A stretch of 64,000 nucleotides of DNA from Thermoplasmata archaeon. Its GTDB lineage: Archaea > Thermoplasmatota > Thermoplasmata > Lutacidiplasmatales > UBA184. The stretch lies in the NCBI GenBank assembly GCA_035933635.1, contig DASYYY010000030.1, positions 2,911 through 66,910 of the forward strand, read 5' to 3'. Shown here piece after piece: positions 42,491 to 50,419 of the stretch; within the stretch, counting starts at the first letter, position 1, and every line of letters starts with the position of its first letter. The notes beneath the pieces are model-generated. The model worked only from the letters and a program-made list of their open reading frames with translations, was not told the DNA's origin and made no database searches. Both the position numbers and the translations under genes were made by a program.

Positions 42491-43828
42491 CTAAGCCGGC
42501 GGAGCGCCCTGGCGGAACTGGTGCTCGAGCTGTCGACGAAGCTTGCGGTTGCTCGTGATGCCGTGGGCGGCCTTGCGCGTCGCCTCCCAGTACTTCAGGA
42601 GCGAGCGCACCTCCTGGGGCTTCTGGCCGCTGCCCCGCGCGATGCGCTGGATCCGGTCGCTCTTGATCAGGTGCCCGTCGTCGAGCTCGGCGGGGGTCAT
42701 GGAATCGAGGATCGCCCGGAATCGCTTGAGCCGGGCTTGGGTCTCTTCGAGCTGGCCCTCGGCCATCTTCTGCTGCCCCATCCCGGGGAGGAAACTGAGC
42801 AGCTTGGAGACCGGGCCCATCTCCCCGAGCGAGTCGAGCTGCGCGCGCATGTCGCGCAATGAGAACCGCCCCCCGAGGAGATGCTCGGCCGCCTCCTGGG
42901 CCTTCTCCTTGTCGGCCAGCTCCTCGAACCGCTCGAGGAGCGTCTGGATATCGCCCATTCCGAGCAGGCGCGAAACGAATCGGGTCGGCTCGAACAGTTC
43001 GAGCTCGTCGAGATGCTCGCCGGTGGCGAGGAAGAGGATCGGCGCGCCGCTGACCGCGACCGCCGAGAGCGCGCCGCCGCCCTTGGCCGAGCCGTCCATC
43101 TTGGTGAGGACGACGCCGGTCAGGCCGACCGCCTCGTGGAACGCCTGGGCGCTGCGGCCGGCGCTCTGGCCCATGGCCGCGTCCAGCACGAGCAGCGTCT
43201 CGTCCGGCTCGACGACCGAGCGCACCCGCTTGAGCTCGGAGATCAACTCCTCGTCGATGCCGGATCGACCGGCGGTGTCGACGATGACGGTCATGTGGGG
43301 CGGCACGGACGCGAGCGCGTTCCGTACGATCACCTCGGCCTTGCGCTCGTTGCGATCGGCGTAGAACTCGCAGCCGACCTTCTTGGAGAGCTGTTCGAGC
43401 TGGTCGATGGCCGCGGGTCGGTGGATATCCGCCGCCACGAGCAGGGTGCGCACGCCTTTCTTCTGGTAGAAGCGGGCGAGCTTGCCGGCGGTCGTGGTCT
43501 TGCCTTGGCCGAACAGCCCGGCGAGCAGGATCTTGCGGGGTCGGGTGTCGAACGTGCGCTCGGTTCCGAGGATGCGCCGGACCTCCTCGTAGATGATCCG
43601 GACGAGGAAGTCGCGGACGCTCGCGCCCGCCGGAGGACGCTCCTCGGTCGCCCGGGTCCGGACCCGCTTGGTCAGGTCCAGGGCGAGCTGGACATTGACG
43701 TCCGCCTGGAGCAACGCGCGCTGGATGTCGCGGACGACCTCCGCCAGGAGCGCCTCGTCGACGTTGCTGCTTCGGGCGATCTTTTGGAGCACCCCCCGAA
43801 GCGATTTTCCGAGCGAATCGAGCACCAT
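42491..43828 (-). CDS. srp54: Signal recognition particle protein SRP54
   Basis: 445 aa from MVLDSLGKSLRGVLQKI. GTPase motifs GLFGQGKTTTAGKLA, DTAGR and TKMDGSAKGGGALS. Met-rich M domain with PGMGQ. The upstream track extension to 43939 is discarded. Confidence 0.95.
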   Translation of the reverse strand: MVLDSLGKSLRGVLQKIARSSNVDEALLAEVVRDIQRALLQADVNVQLALDLTKRVRTRATEERPPAGASVRDFLVRIIYEEVRRILGTERTFDTRPRKILLAGLFGQGKTTTAGKLARFYQKKGVRTLLVAADIHRPAAIDQLEQLSKKVGCEFYADRNERKAEVIVRNALASVPPHMTVIVDTAGRSGIDEELISELKRVRSVVEPDETLLVLDAAMGQSAGRSAQAFHEAVGLTGVVLTKMDGSAKGGGALSAVAVSGAPILFLATGEHLDELELFEPTRFVSRLLGMGDIQTLLERFEELADKEKAQEAAEHLLGGRFSLRDMRAQLDSLGEMGPVSKLLSFLPGMGQQKMAEGQLEETQARLKRFRAILDSMTPAELDDGHLIKSDRIQRIARGSGQKPQEVRSLLKYWEATRKAAHGITSNRKLRRQLEHQFRQGAPPA

Positions 43829-43995
43829 GGTGGACCGCGGCGCAGAGGCGGCGCCCTCGATACAGTATCGCCCCCGCCAAAAGACCTTCCCGGTCGGTTC
43901 GAGGCTCACCGGGGAGGTCGCTTCACGAGAGCGCGCCACACGGTGAGGAAAGGGCTTATGGCGTGCCCCCCGGTAGATTCGAGCGGTAACGGTCG

Positions 43996-45462
43996 ATGGC
44001 CGACGCTCCCCCCGCCGCGGCCAAGCCTCCTACGGTCACGCCCCCCAAGCTCAATCCGGTCCGGGTGCCGATCGTCGAAGAGCCGGTCGTGGAACGGATC
44101 ACCGATTTCCGGGAGATCCAGCACGCCTACTCGCCCCAGGACGCCGTCCTGGAGGCCAAGCGATGCATCCAGTGCCGGAGGCCCTGGTGCGTGGAGGCCT
44201 GCCCGATCTCCCAGGACTGCCGCGAGTACATCAAGCTCGTCGCGGCCGAGGACTACGATGGCGCCGCCAAGGTCACCCTGGACGGCAACCCGCTCGCCAC
44301 CTCCCTGTGCAAGGTCTGCTACCGGTACTGCGAGGACTCCTGCGTCGTGAAGAAGAAGGGGGTTCCCATCGCGATCCGACACCTCAAGCGCTCCTCGCTC
44401 GAGCTCGGCAACTCCGACCTCGCCTACGTCGCCTCGGCCCCGAAGGGCCAGCGGGTGGCGGTCGTCGGTGGCGGTCCGGCGGGCATGATGACCGCCTGGG
44501 AGCTCGGCATCCGCGGCTACGCGGTCACGGTCTACGAAGAGGAGCCGCGTGTCGGCGGCCTGATGCAGACGATCCCGGCCTACCGCATGACCGACGCCGA
44601 CGTGCAGACCGACCGCGCCCGGTTCCGCAACCTCGATGTCACCTGGGTCGTGGACCGCCGCATCGGCGACGGCCTCACGCCCGAGGGGCTCCTCAAGGAC
44701 GGGTACCTGGCGGTCGTCGTCACGATCGGCACCTCGGCCCATCGCGTGCTCGGGCTCGCCGGCGAAGATCTCCCCGGCGTCTTCCCGGCCCTCCAGCTGC
44801 TCAAGAAGCTCAATCGCGGGGAACCCGTCCAGCTGGGGTCGAAGGTCGTGGTCGTGGGCGGAGGCGATGTCGCCATGGATTCGATCCGCAGCGCGATGCG
44901 ACTGTGCCAGGAGCGCGACATCACCCTGGTGTACCGGCGCAGCCGGGCCGAGATGCCCGCCGACCACGAGGAGCTGCACGGCGCCGAGGAGGAAGGCGTC
45001 AAGTTCCTCTTCCAGAGGGCCCCGGTCCAGATCGTCGGCAACGGCCACGTGTCGGGGTTGGTCGTCCAGTCCATGGAGCTCGGCCCGCCGGATGCGAGCG
45101 GGCGACGCGCCCCCGTTCCCGTCGCTGGGTCCGAGGAGACGATCCCCTGCGACACGCTGATCATCGCCGTCGGTCAGAAGGCCGACCTCCACGGCTTCGA
45201 GCCGGCGCTCGACCTCCGGATCGCCTCCGGCGGTTGGCCGGAGGGTAAGCAGGCCGGATACGAGACCGGGATCCCCGGCATCTTCGCGACGGGCGGCCGC
45301 TCGGTCGTCTATGCGATGGGCGCGGCGACGGACGCTGCGATCGCGGTCGACAAGTACCTCTGCGCCAAGCGCGGGGCGACCCCGGAGGCCCGACCGGATC
45401 CGTTCGGTGGCGCCGGCCACTTCCAACTCCCGGCCGGTTACACCGCCCCCATCCGCTCCTGA
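43996..45462 (+). CDS. GltD-family NAD(P)H-dependent FAD/Fe-S oxidoreductase (glutamate synthase small-subunit / SudA-like)
   Basis: Cys clusters CIQCRRPWCVEACP and CKVCYRYCEDSC. Two dinucleotide folds VAVVGGGPAGM and VVVVGGGDVAMD. GGLM...IPAYR motif. Confidence 0.85.
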   Translation: MADAPPAAAKPPTVTPPKLNPVRVPIVEEPVVERITDFREIQHAYSPQDAVLEAKRCIQCRRPWCVEACPISQDCREYIKLVAAEDYDGAAKVTLDGNPLATSLCKVCYRYCEDSCVVKKKGVPIAIRHLKRSSLELGNSDLAYVASAPKGQRVAVVGGGPAGMMTAWELGIRGYAVTVYEEEPRVGGLMQTIPAYRMTDADVQTDRARFRNLDVTWVVDRRIGDGLTPEGLLKDGYLAVVVTIGTSAHRVLGLAGEDLPGVFPALQLLKKLNRGEPVQLGSKVVVVGGGDVAMDSIRSAMRLCQERDITLVYRRSRAEMPADHEELHGAEEEGVKFLFQRAPVQIVGNGHVSGLVVQSMELGPPDASGRRAPVPVAGSEETIPCDTLIIAVGQKADLHGFEPALDLRIASGGWPEGKQAGYETGIPGIFATGGRSVVYAMGAATDAAIAVDKYLCAKRGATPEARPDPFGGAGHFQLPAGYTAPIRS

Positions 45463-45551
45463 GCAGGCCCGCCGCCGGCAGCACCGGTTGACGACCCACG
45501 CCCCAGAAAGTTCATCCCGTGCCCGTCACCTTCTCGACTCGGGACCCGTAG

Positions 45552-48104
45552 ATGCGTCCACGTTCGACAGTGGCGGCGATCGCGGCCGTCGCCCTGTGCG
45601 CGCTCCTGGTCGTCCCGGGAGCGTTCGCCGAAACGGTGGGGGCCCCGGCGTCCACCGCGGTCCAATTCTCCTCGGGGACGGGCGCGGCCACGAGCCTTCC
45701 GGCCGCGCTCGCGGCCCCGTGGGCGGCCCGCGCCGGGTACGACCCATCCTGGTCGGCGGAGGTCTCGGATCAGGGTGCGATGACCGGTACGGCGACCGTG
45801 GTCATCTCCCTCTTCCCGAGAGATCTGTCGCTGTTCGACGGGACGCAGGGGCTGGGCGCGCCCCTCAGCCTCGCCGCCTTCCAGGCGCGTTTCAGTCCGA
45901 CGCCTACGGAGTACGCCGCGTTCGAGTCGTACTTCGAGCACTCGGGCCTGAACGTGACGCATACCTTCGCGGACCGGATGTCGCTCACGGTGAGCGGCCC
46001 GGCGCAGCGCCTCGGTCCCGCCTTCAGCACCTCCCTCGTGGGCGGGGACTGGCGGGGACAGCCGGTCCACTTCCCAACCTCCCTGCCGACCCTTCCGGCC
46101 GACTTGCAATCGTCCGTGGCGGCCGTCACGGGGCTGTCGGACGGCTTCACTCGGTTCACCATCCCGTTCGCCCGGATGTCGCTCCCGAGCCCGAGCGGCG
46201 CAGGGATCGCACCGGCGCAAGGGCGCTCCGACAGCTTGGTCACCCCCGATGCGGTGCACTCGATTTACCAACTGGACGCCCTCTACAACTTCTCGGGCCG
46301 GACCCATTTCGCCTCCAGCCAATCGATCGCATTGGTGCTCTGGGGCGACGGCTACGACCCGAGCGACATCTCGAGCTTCTACTCGAACTACTACCCCTCG
46401 GGATTCCCGCTCCCGAAGGTCTACGCGGTGCCGGTCGACGGCGCACCGCAGCCCAGTGCGGGCGCGGTGAACGACCCGAGCCAGGCGCCGCTCGAGCTGA
46501 CCCTCGACCTCGAGTGGAGCGGTTCGATCGCCCCGGGCGCCTCGCTCTACGCCGTCTACGCGCCCGACGGCTCCGCGTCGAACGGCTACTCCCCCACCGA
46601 CGCCTCGCTCGAGGACGCGCTCAACACCGCGATCGGCGAGCCGGGAGTGCACGTCGTGTCGATGTCCTTCGCGACCGAGGCCGGCGCCGACCCGTCGTTC
46701 GAGGCCGCGTTCGAGACGAGTTTCCAGTCCGCCCTCGCGCGCGGGATCACGCCGGTCGCCGCGAGCGGCGACAACGGCGGTACGAACAACGACAAGGGCG
46801 CCTGCACGAACACCGCCCAGCCGGAGTTCCCGGCGGCCTCGCCGCTGGTGGTCGCTGCCGGCGGGACCGACCCGACCCTCTCCCAGTCCCTGACCGGCGG
46901 CGTCACCGGCCTCAGCAGCGAGCCGGCGTGGAAGGACTCCGGCGGCGGGTTCGCACCGGAGTACTCCGCCCCCAGCTGGCAGCTGCAGGGGTCGGCGCGA
47001 TCTCCGATCTCCTCGAACGGCCACCGCGGGATCCCCGACGTCGCCGGCCCGGCGGCGTACAACTTCCTGTACTTCGGAGGCCAACCCGGCGCCGGCAATG
47101 GCACGAGCTTCGCGGCCCCGATCTGGGGCGGCATCCTCGCCGAGATGGACGCGATCCGCGGGACCCCGTTCGGGTTCGTCACGCCCCATCTGTATTCGGT
47201 GGGTGCGCGCGAGCCCTCCGGGTCCGTTGCGCAGGGGCTCATCGACATCACCTCCGGGGCCAATTGCCTCGGACCGGCCGGGACGGGCTGGGATACGGCC
47301 ACCGGCTGGGGGTCGCCGCGCGCCGGTTTGCTCTACCAGGACCTCTCGAGCTCCTACGTGCTGGTCAATCTGACCGCGGCCTCTTCCGCGGTCGCGCCCG
47401 GAGGATCGTTCACCGCGCGCGTGACGATCCTCAATTCCACGAGCCATGCACCGATCACGGGGGTGCCGGTGAACGTGACGCTCACCGCCCCCGGCTACCT
47501 CGGCCCGTGCGGGGGCACGCTCAGCTCGACCAACGGCACCACCGACGCGACCGGCTCGACGCAAGTGCAGGTCTCGGTCCCCGCCTGCTACTTCGGGACC
47601 CACGCCACGGTCACCGCGACGGTCCTCGCGCTCGGCCTGTTCGGTAGCAACACCACCTCGGTCTCGGTCAACCTGCTCGGCCTGGCCGGCTTCCTCGCGT
47701 TCCTCCAGACCTACCCGTACAACCTGTTCCTGTTCGTGGTCATCGTCGCCGTGGCCGGAGGGGTCGGCTGGGTGGCCGGAAGCCGCCGTCGACGCCGCCG
47801 CGCCCTCCGTGCCACGCGAGAGGCGGCCGCGGTCCCGGCGTCCGTCGCCGCAGCGCCGACGATGGGTCCTCCCGGGCCCGGTCCTCCACTCCCTCCCGAG
47901 ACCGAGGCCGGCGGTTACCCCGCGGTGGAACCGGCTCCGCCGATGGGAGCCCCCGCGCCGGGGGCGGCCGAGTCGACCGGGTCGGTGACCTGCCCGATCT
48001 GCAAGTTCGAGTTCGAGCCGGAGTTCGACTTCTGCCCGCGGTGCGGCCACTACCTTCCCGGCCGGAGCGGCGACCCTGAGGCCGGGCCGCCGTCCACCGG
48101 ATAG
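45552..48104 (+). CDS. Sedolisin (S53)-like exoprotease 3 with TM anchor and cytoplasmic zinc-ribbon tail (850 aa)
   Basis: Sec signal AAVALCALLVVPGAFA-ETV. Pro-domain. Catalytic motifs LELTLDLEWS, AASGDNGG and GNGTSFAAPIWGG. TM helix at about 47680-47779 followed by RRRRRR. Pro-rich linker. CPICKFEFEPEFDFCPRCGH. Confidence 0.85.
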   Translation: MRPRSTVAAIAAVALCALLVVPGAFAETVGAPASTAVQFSSGTGAATSLPAALAAPWAARAGYDPSWSAEVSDQGAMTGTATVVISLFPRDLSLFDGTQGLGAPLSLAAFQARFSPTPTEYAAFESYFEHSGLNVTHTFADRMSLTVSGPAQRLGPAFSTSLVGGDWRGQPVHFPTSLPTLPADLQSSVAAVTGLSDGFTRFTIPFARMSLPSPSGAGIAPAQGRSDSLVTPDAVHSIYQLDALYNFSGRTHFASSQSIALVLWGDGYDPSDISSFYSNYYPSGFPLPKVYAVPVDGAPQPSAGAVNDPSQAPLELTLDLEWSGSIAPGASLYAVYAPDGSASNGYSPTDASLEDALNTAIGEPGVHVVSMSFATEAGADPSFEAAFETSFQSALARGITPVAASGDNGGTNNDKGACTNTAQPEFPAASPLVVAAGGTDPTLSQSLTGGVTGLSSEPAWKDSGGGFAPEYSAPSWQLQGSARSPISSNGHRGIPDVAGPAAYNFLYFGGQPGAGNGTSFAAPIWGGILAEMDAIRGTPFGFVTPHLYSVGAREPSGSVAQGLIDITSGANCLGPAGTGWDTATGWGSPRAGLLYQDLSSSYVLVNLTAASSAVAPGGSFTARVTILNSTSHAPITGVPVNVTLTAPGYLGPCGGTLSSTNGTTDATGSTQVQVSVPACYFGTHATVTATVLALGLFGSNTTSVSVNLLGLAGFLAFLQTYPYNLFLFVVIVAVAGGVGWVAGSRRRRRRALRATREAAAVPASVAAAPTMGPPGPGPPLPPETEAGGYPAVEPAPPMGAPAPGAAESTGSVTCPICKFEFEPEFDFCPRCGHYLPGRSGDPEAGPPSTG
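47991..48044 (+). other. Zinc-ribbon motif CX2C-X10-CX2C (C-terminal tail of sedolisin 3)
   Basis: GSVTCPIC-KFEFEPEFDF-CPRC. The leading GSV.CPIC knuckle is shared with the sedolisin 2 tail (GSVCPIC). Confidence 0.7.
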
Positions 48105-48166
48105 GGCCGTCCCACCGTCCTACCCCCGGGGCGCACGCTCAAGAACGGGATTCCCCTCGGCGCGCT

Positions 48167-48892
48167 GTGCTCCGCCCGAAGTCCCGGCCTCCGTCCTCGG
48201 CGGACGCGACGCGCGCTTACGTCGACGAGCACCCGAGCATCCGCGACGCGCTCCGCGAGGACATCGTCAACTTCGCCTTCCTCGCCCGCAAGATCCAGGC
48301 CGAACGGGGCCTAACGAACGAGGAGGCGATCGAGATCGCGCTCCGCCGGCTCCAGCAGGAGTACCGCCTCGCCACGCCGGACCGCGCGGCGGTCCGCTCG
48401 GTCCTCTCCCGGAGCCGGTTGGAGGTGCGCAGTCGGGTGGCGCTGCTGCGGATCCGCGAGGACGGGGCGACGATCGATCGCCTCTACCAGATCGGCAAGG
48501 GATTGCTCCCGGAGCTGCGCCGCCGCGGGGTCTTCCAGATGTTCCAGGGGACCCGCGCGCTCACGATCCTGTGCGAGGACGACCTCCTCGCCGAGCTGCT
48601 CGGCGCGATCCCGGAGGCGAACCTGATCAGCTACGAGCGCGGGCTCGCCAGCGTGGCGTTCCGCAGCGCCTCCGACGTCTCCGAGACCCCCGGGGTCATC
48701 TCGACGATGGCCGAGGTGCTCTTCCGACAGGGGATCAACTGCCTGGAGAGCGTCAGCGTGCACAACGACTCGATCTTCGTATTCAAGGACTCCGAGGTGA
48801 TCCGCGCGTACGCCGCGCTCTCGAATCTGATCGCGCCGGCCGAATCGGGGCCTCCCCCCACCCCGCCGCGTAGGACGAACTCCGCGTCCTAG
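48167..48892 (+). CDS. Predicted regulator, N-terminal HTH-like region plus C-terminal ACT-like domain (paralogue A)
   Basis: YVDEHPSIRDALREDIVNFAFLARKI N-terminal region. C-terminal ETPGVISTMAEVLFRQGINCLESVSVHNDSIFVFKDSEV resembles ACT_7-type ligand-binding domains. Colinear with paralogue B. GTG start. Confidence 0.6.
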   Translation: MLRPKSRPPSSADATRAYVDEHPSIRDALREDIVNFAFLARKIQAERGLTNEEAIEIALRRLQQEYRLATPDRAAVRSVLSRSRLEVRSRVALLRIREDGATIDRLYQIGKGLLPELRRRGVFQMFQGTRALTILCEDDLLAELLGAIPEANLISYERGLASVAFRSASDVSETPGVISTMAEVLFRQGINCLESVSVHNDSIFVFKDSEVIRAYAALSNLIAPAESGPPPTPPRRTNSAS

Positions 48893-48970
48893 CCGCCCAC
48901 GCCCACGGTACCGAGGCGCGAAGGAATCATTCGAACTCCGCCCCCGACGGGGCCGAACCACAGACTCGGA

Positions 48971-49345
48971 CTACGCCGGGCTCGCTTCGATGGGTGTGGC
49001 CACCGACTGGCCCCAGGCGTTCTGGCCGTTGAGCGCGCCCTGGAGGAGCGTCGAACGCTCCCGCGCGCTCAGCCCCGGATGTTGTCCGTAAAGGTGGATC
49101 TCGAGGCTCGCCCGGGTCGCGTACTCCCTGGAACAGACCGGGCAGAGGAAGACGGCGGAGTCGCCGATGAACCGGGAGCACTGGCAGCCCAGCACATGGC
49201 AGGGCATCGGCGTGGTACGGTCCCGCGGACGGCTGAAGTGCCGACGGTTGCGCCCGTCCTGCGGCGCCAGAAGGTAGTGGCTGGCCCGAAGATGCGTGCA
49301 TCCGGTGCAAGCCAGCAGCCTCAGATGCCGCCGCTGCGTGACCAT
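48971..49345 (-). CDS. Small Cys/His-rich protein with a C2H2 zinc finger (124 aa from ATG 49345; in-frame extension possible to 49468)
   Basis: CPVC-SREYATRASLEI-H-LYGQ-H, the same CX2CX12HX4H spacing as the two membrane-protein tails. Additional CTGCTH....H and CHVLGCQC clusters. Codon position 3 is G/C-rich in this frame only. Confidence 0.55.
   Translation of the reverse strand: MVTQRRHLRLLACTGCTHLRASHYLLAPQDGRNRRHFSRPRDRTTPMPCHVLGCQCSRFIGDSAVFLCPVCSREYATRASLEIHLYGQHPGLSARERSTLLQGALNGQNAWGQSVATPIEASPA
49079..49144 (-). other. C2H2 zinc-finger motif CX2CX12HX4H
   Basis: Read from the minus-strand translation FLCPVCSREYATRASLEIHLYGQHPG. Confidence 0.65.
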
Positions 49346-49610
49346 TCGGTACCCCTCGCGGACCTCCCGGATTGCCTCGTGAGCGTGGCCGCGCCGACGT
49401 CGGCCGCGCACGCGGGGGTCCCGGCCCCTCGTCGGGCCGAATGGCGTACATATGCATATAGCCAGCATGTCACACTACCGACAGGCGCACGCACGCGACC
49501 GGCGGTCCGGGCGCCGTTCGGCTGCCTCCATCGTGCACGGGTGAGAGCAGAAACCGTCACCGGGCGGCGGCAACCTTCATCGTGGCGGTCGCGTAGGCGG
49601 TCCTCGACCG

Positions 49611-50315
49611 ATGCCCACCGCCAAGACCCCGCCGCCGACGGCCGCCGAGATCGCGCGACGGTACATCGAGGACCACCCCTCGATCCGCGACTGCCTCGGC
49701 TACGACATCATCAACTTCACCTCGCTCGGGCGGAAGATCCGGGCGGACACCGGCCTCGCCAACCAGGAAGCCGTCGAGGTCGCGTGCCGACGCTACCGGC
49801 GCCAGATGCGCACCGAGCATCCGCTCGAGACGAGGGTGCTCGAGGTCGTCAAGTCGAGCCGGATCGAGGTCCGCACCCGTGTGGTGATCATCACCTGTCC
49901 CAACGACTGGGACCTCCTTGGCCATGTGTTGGAGGTCGGCCGCTCGCTCCTCGCGGACCGCCGCCATCTCCTGCAGCTTCTCCAGGGTCCGGGGGCGCTG
50001 ACGGTGCTCTGTGAGGAGGACCTTGCCGACACGATCCTCAGCTCGCTCGGGCGCCGGACGCCGCTCGCCGTACACCGCCATCTTTCCGCCGTGACGGTCC
50101 GGAGCCCCGAGTCGATCGTCGAGACGCCCGGGGTGCTGGCGTTCCTCGCGGGGGCGCTCTTCCGGGCCGGGATCAACAGCCTGGAGTTGATGAGCGTCTA
50201 CACCGATTCGACGTTCGTGGTGCGCGAGAAGGACGTCCTCCACGCGTTCCAGGTGCTCTCGCAGCTGGTCCACCCGGCCGAGCCGTCCGAGGAGGAAGTC
50301 GGGCGGGCAGCTTGA
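49611..50315 (+). CDS. Predicted regulator, HTH-like plus ACT-like domain (paralogue B)
   Basis: YIEDHPSIRDCLGYDIINFTSLGRKI and ETPGVLAFLAGALFRAGINSLELMSVYTDSTFVVREKDV. Aligns along its full length with 48167..48892. Confidence 0.6.
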   Translation: MPTAKTPPPTAAEIARRYIEDHPSIRDCLGYDIINFTSLGRKIRADTGLANQEAVEVACRRYRRQMRTEHPLETRVLEVVKSSRIEVRTRVVIITCPNDWDLLGHVLEVGRSLLADRRHLLQLLQGPGALTVLCEEDLADTILSSLGRRTPLAVHRHLSAVTVRSPESIVETPGVLAFLAGALFRAGINSLELMSVYTDSTFVVREKDVLHAFQVLSQLVHPAEPSEEEVGRAA

Positions 50316-50349
50316 GGCGCCCGCCGGGGTCGCAATTCACCCACTGAGG

Positions 50350-50358
50350 TATATATAA
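50350..50358 (+). promoter_or_regulatory. TATA box (GAGGTATATATAAC) about 65 nt upstream of the SBP-2 ATG 50420
   Basis: Same GGTATATAT core as at 32170 and 41433. GGTGA lies 8 nt upstream of ATG 50420. The track start at 50366 is only about 8 nt from the TATA box and is therefore unlikely. Confidence 0.5.
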
Positions 50359-50419
50359 CGCCCGAATGCTCGGACCGCAATCCGCGACTTGTCGTCGGCC
50401 AGAAACTGGTGAAGTTGTC

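Noticed and set aside
42312-43880. 522-aa minus-strand ORF overlapping srp54 in another frame. Similar cases are 38772..40187, 38870..40156, 51686..52777 and 58734..60002.
   Set aside because: These are alternative-frame or antisense ORFs within genes that have strong family signatures. They have no motifs and an extreme Arg/Gly/Pro bias.
45438-48050. 870-aa minus-strand ORF and the 778-aa plus-strand ORF 45311..47647
   Set aside because: Both are shadows of the sedolisin 3 gene (45552..48104), which has a signal peptide and S53 catalytic motifs. The shadow translations are Arg/Gly/Pro-rich with no motifs.
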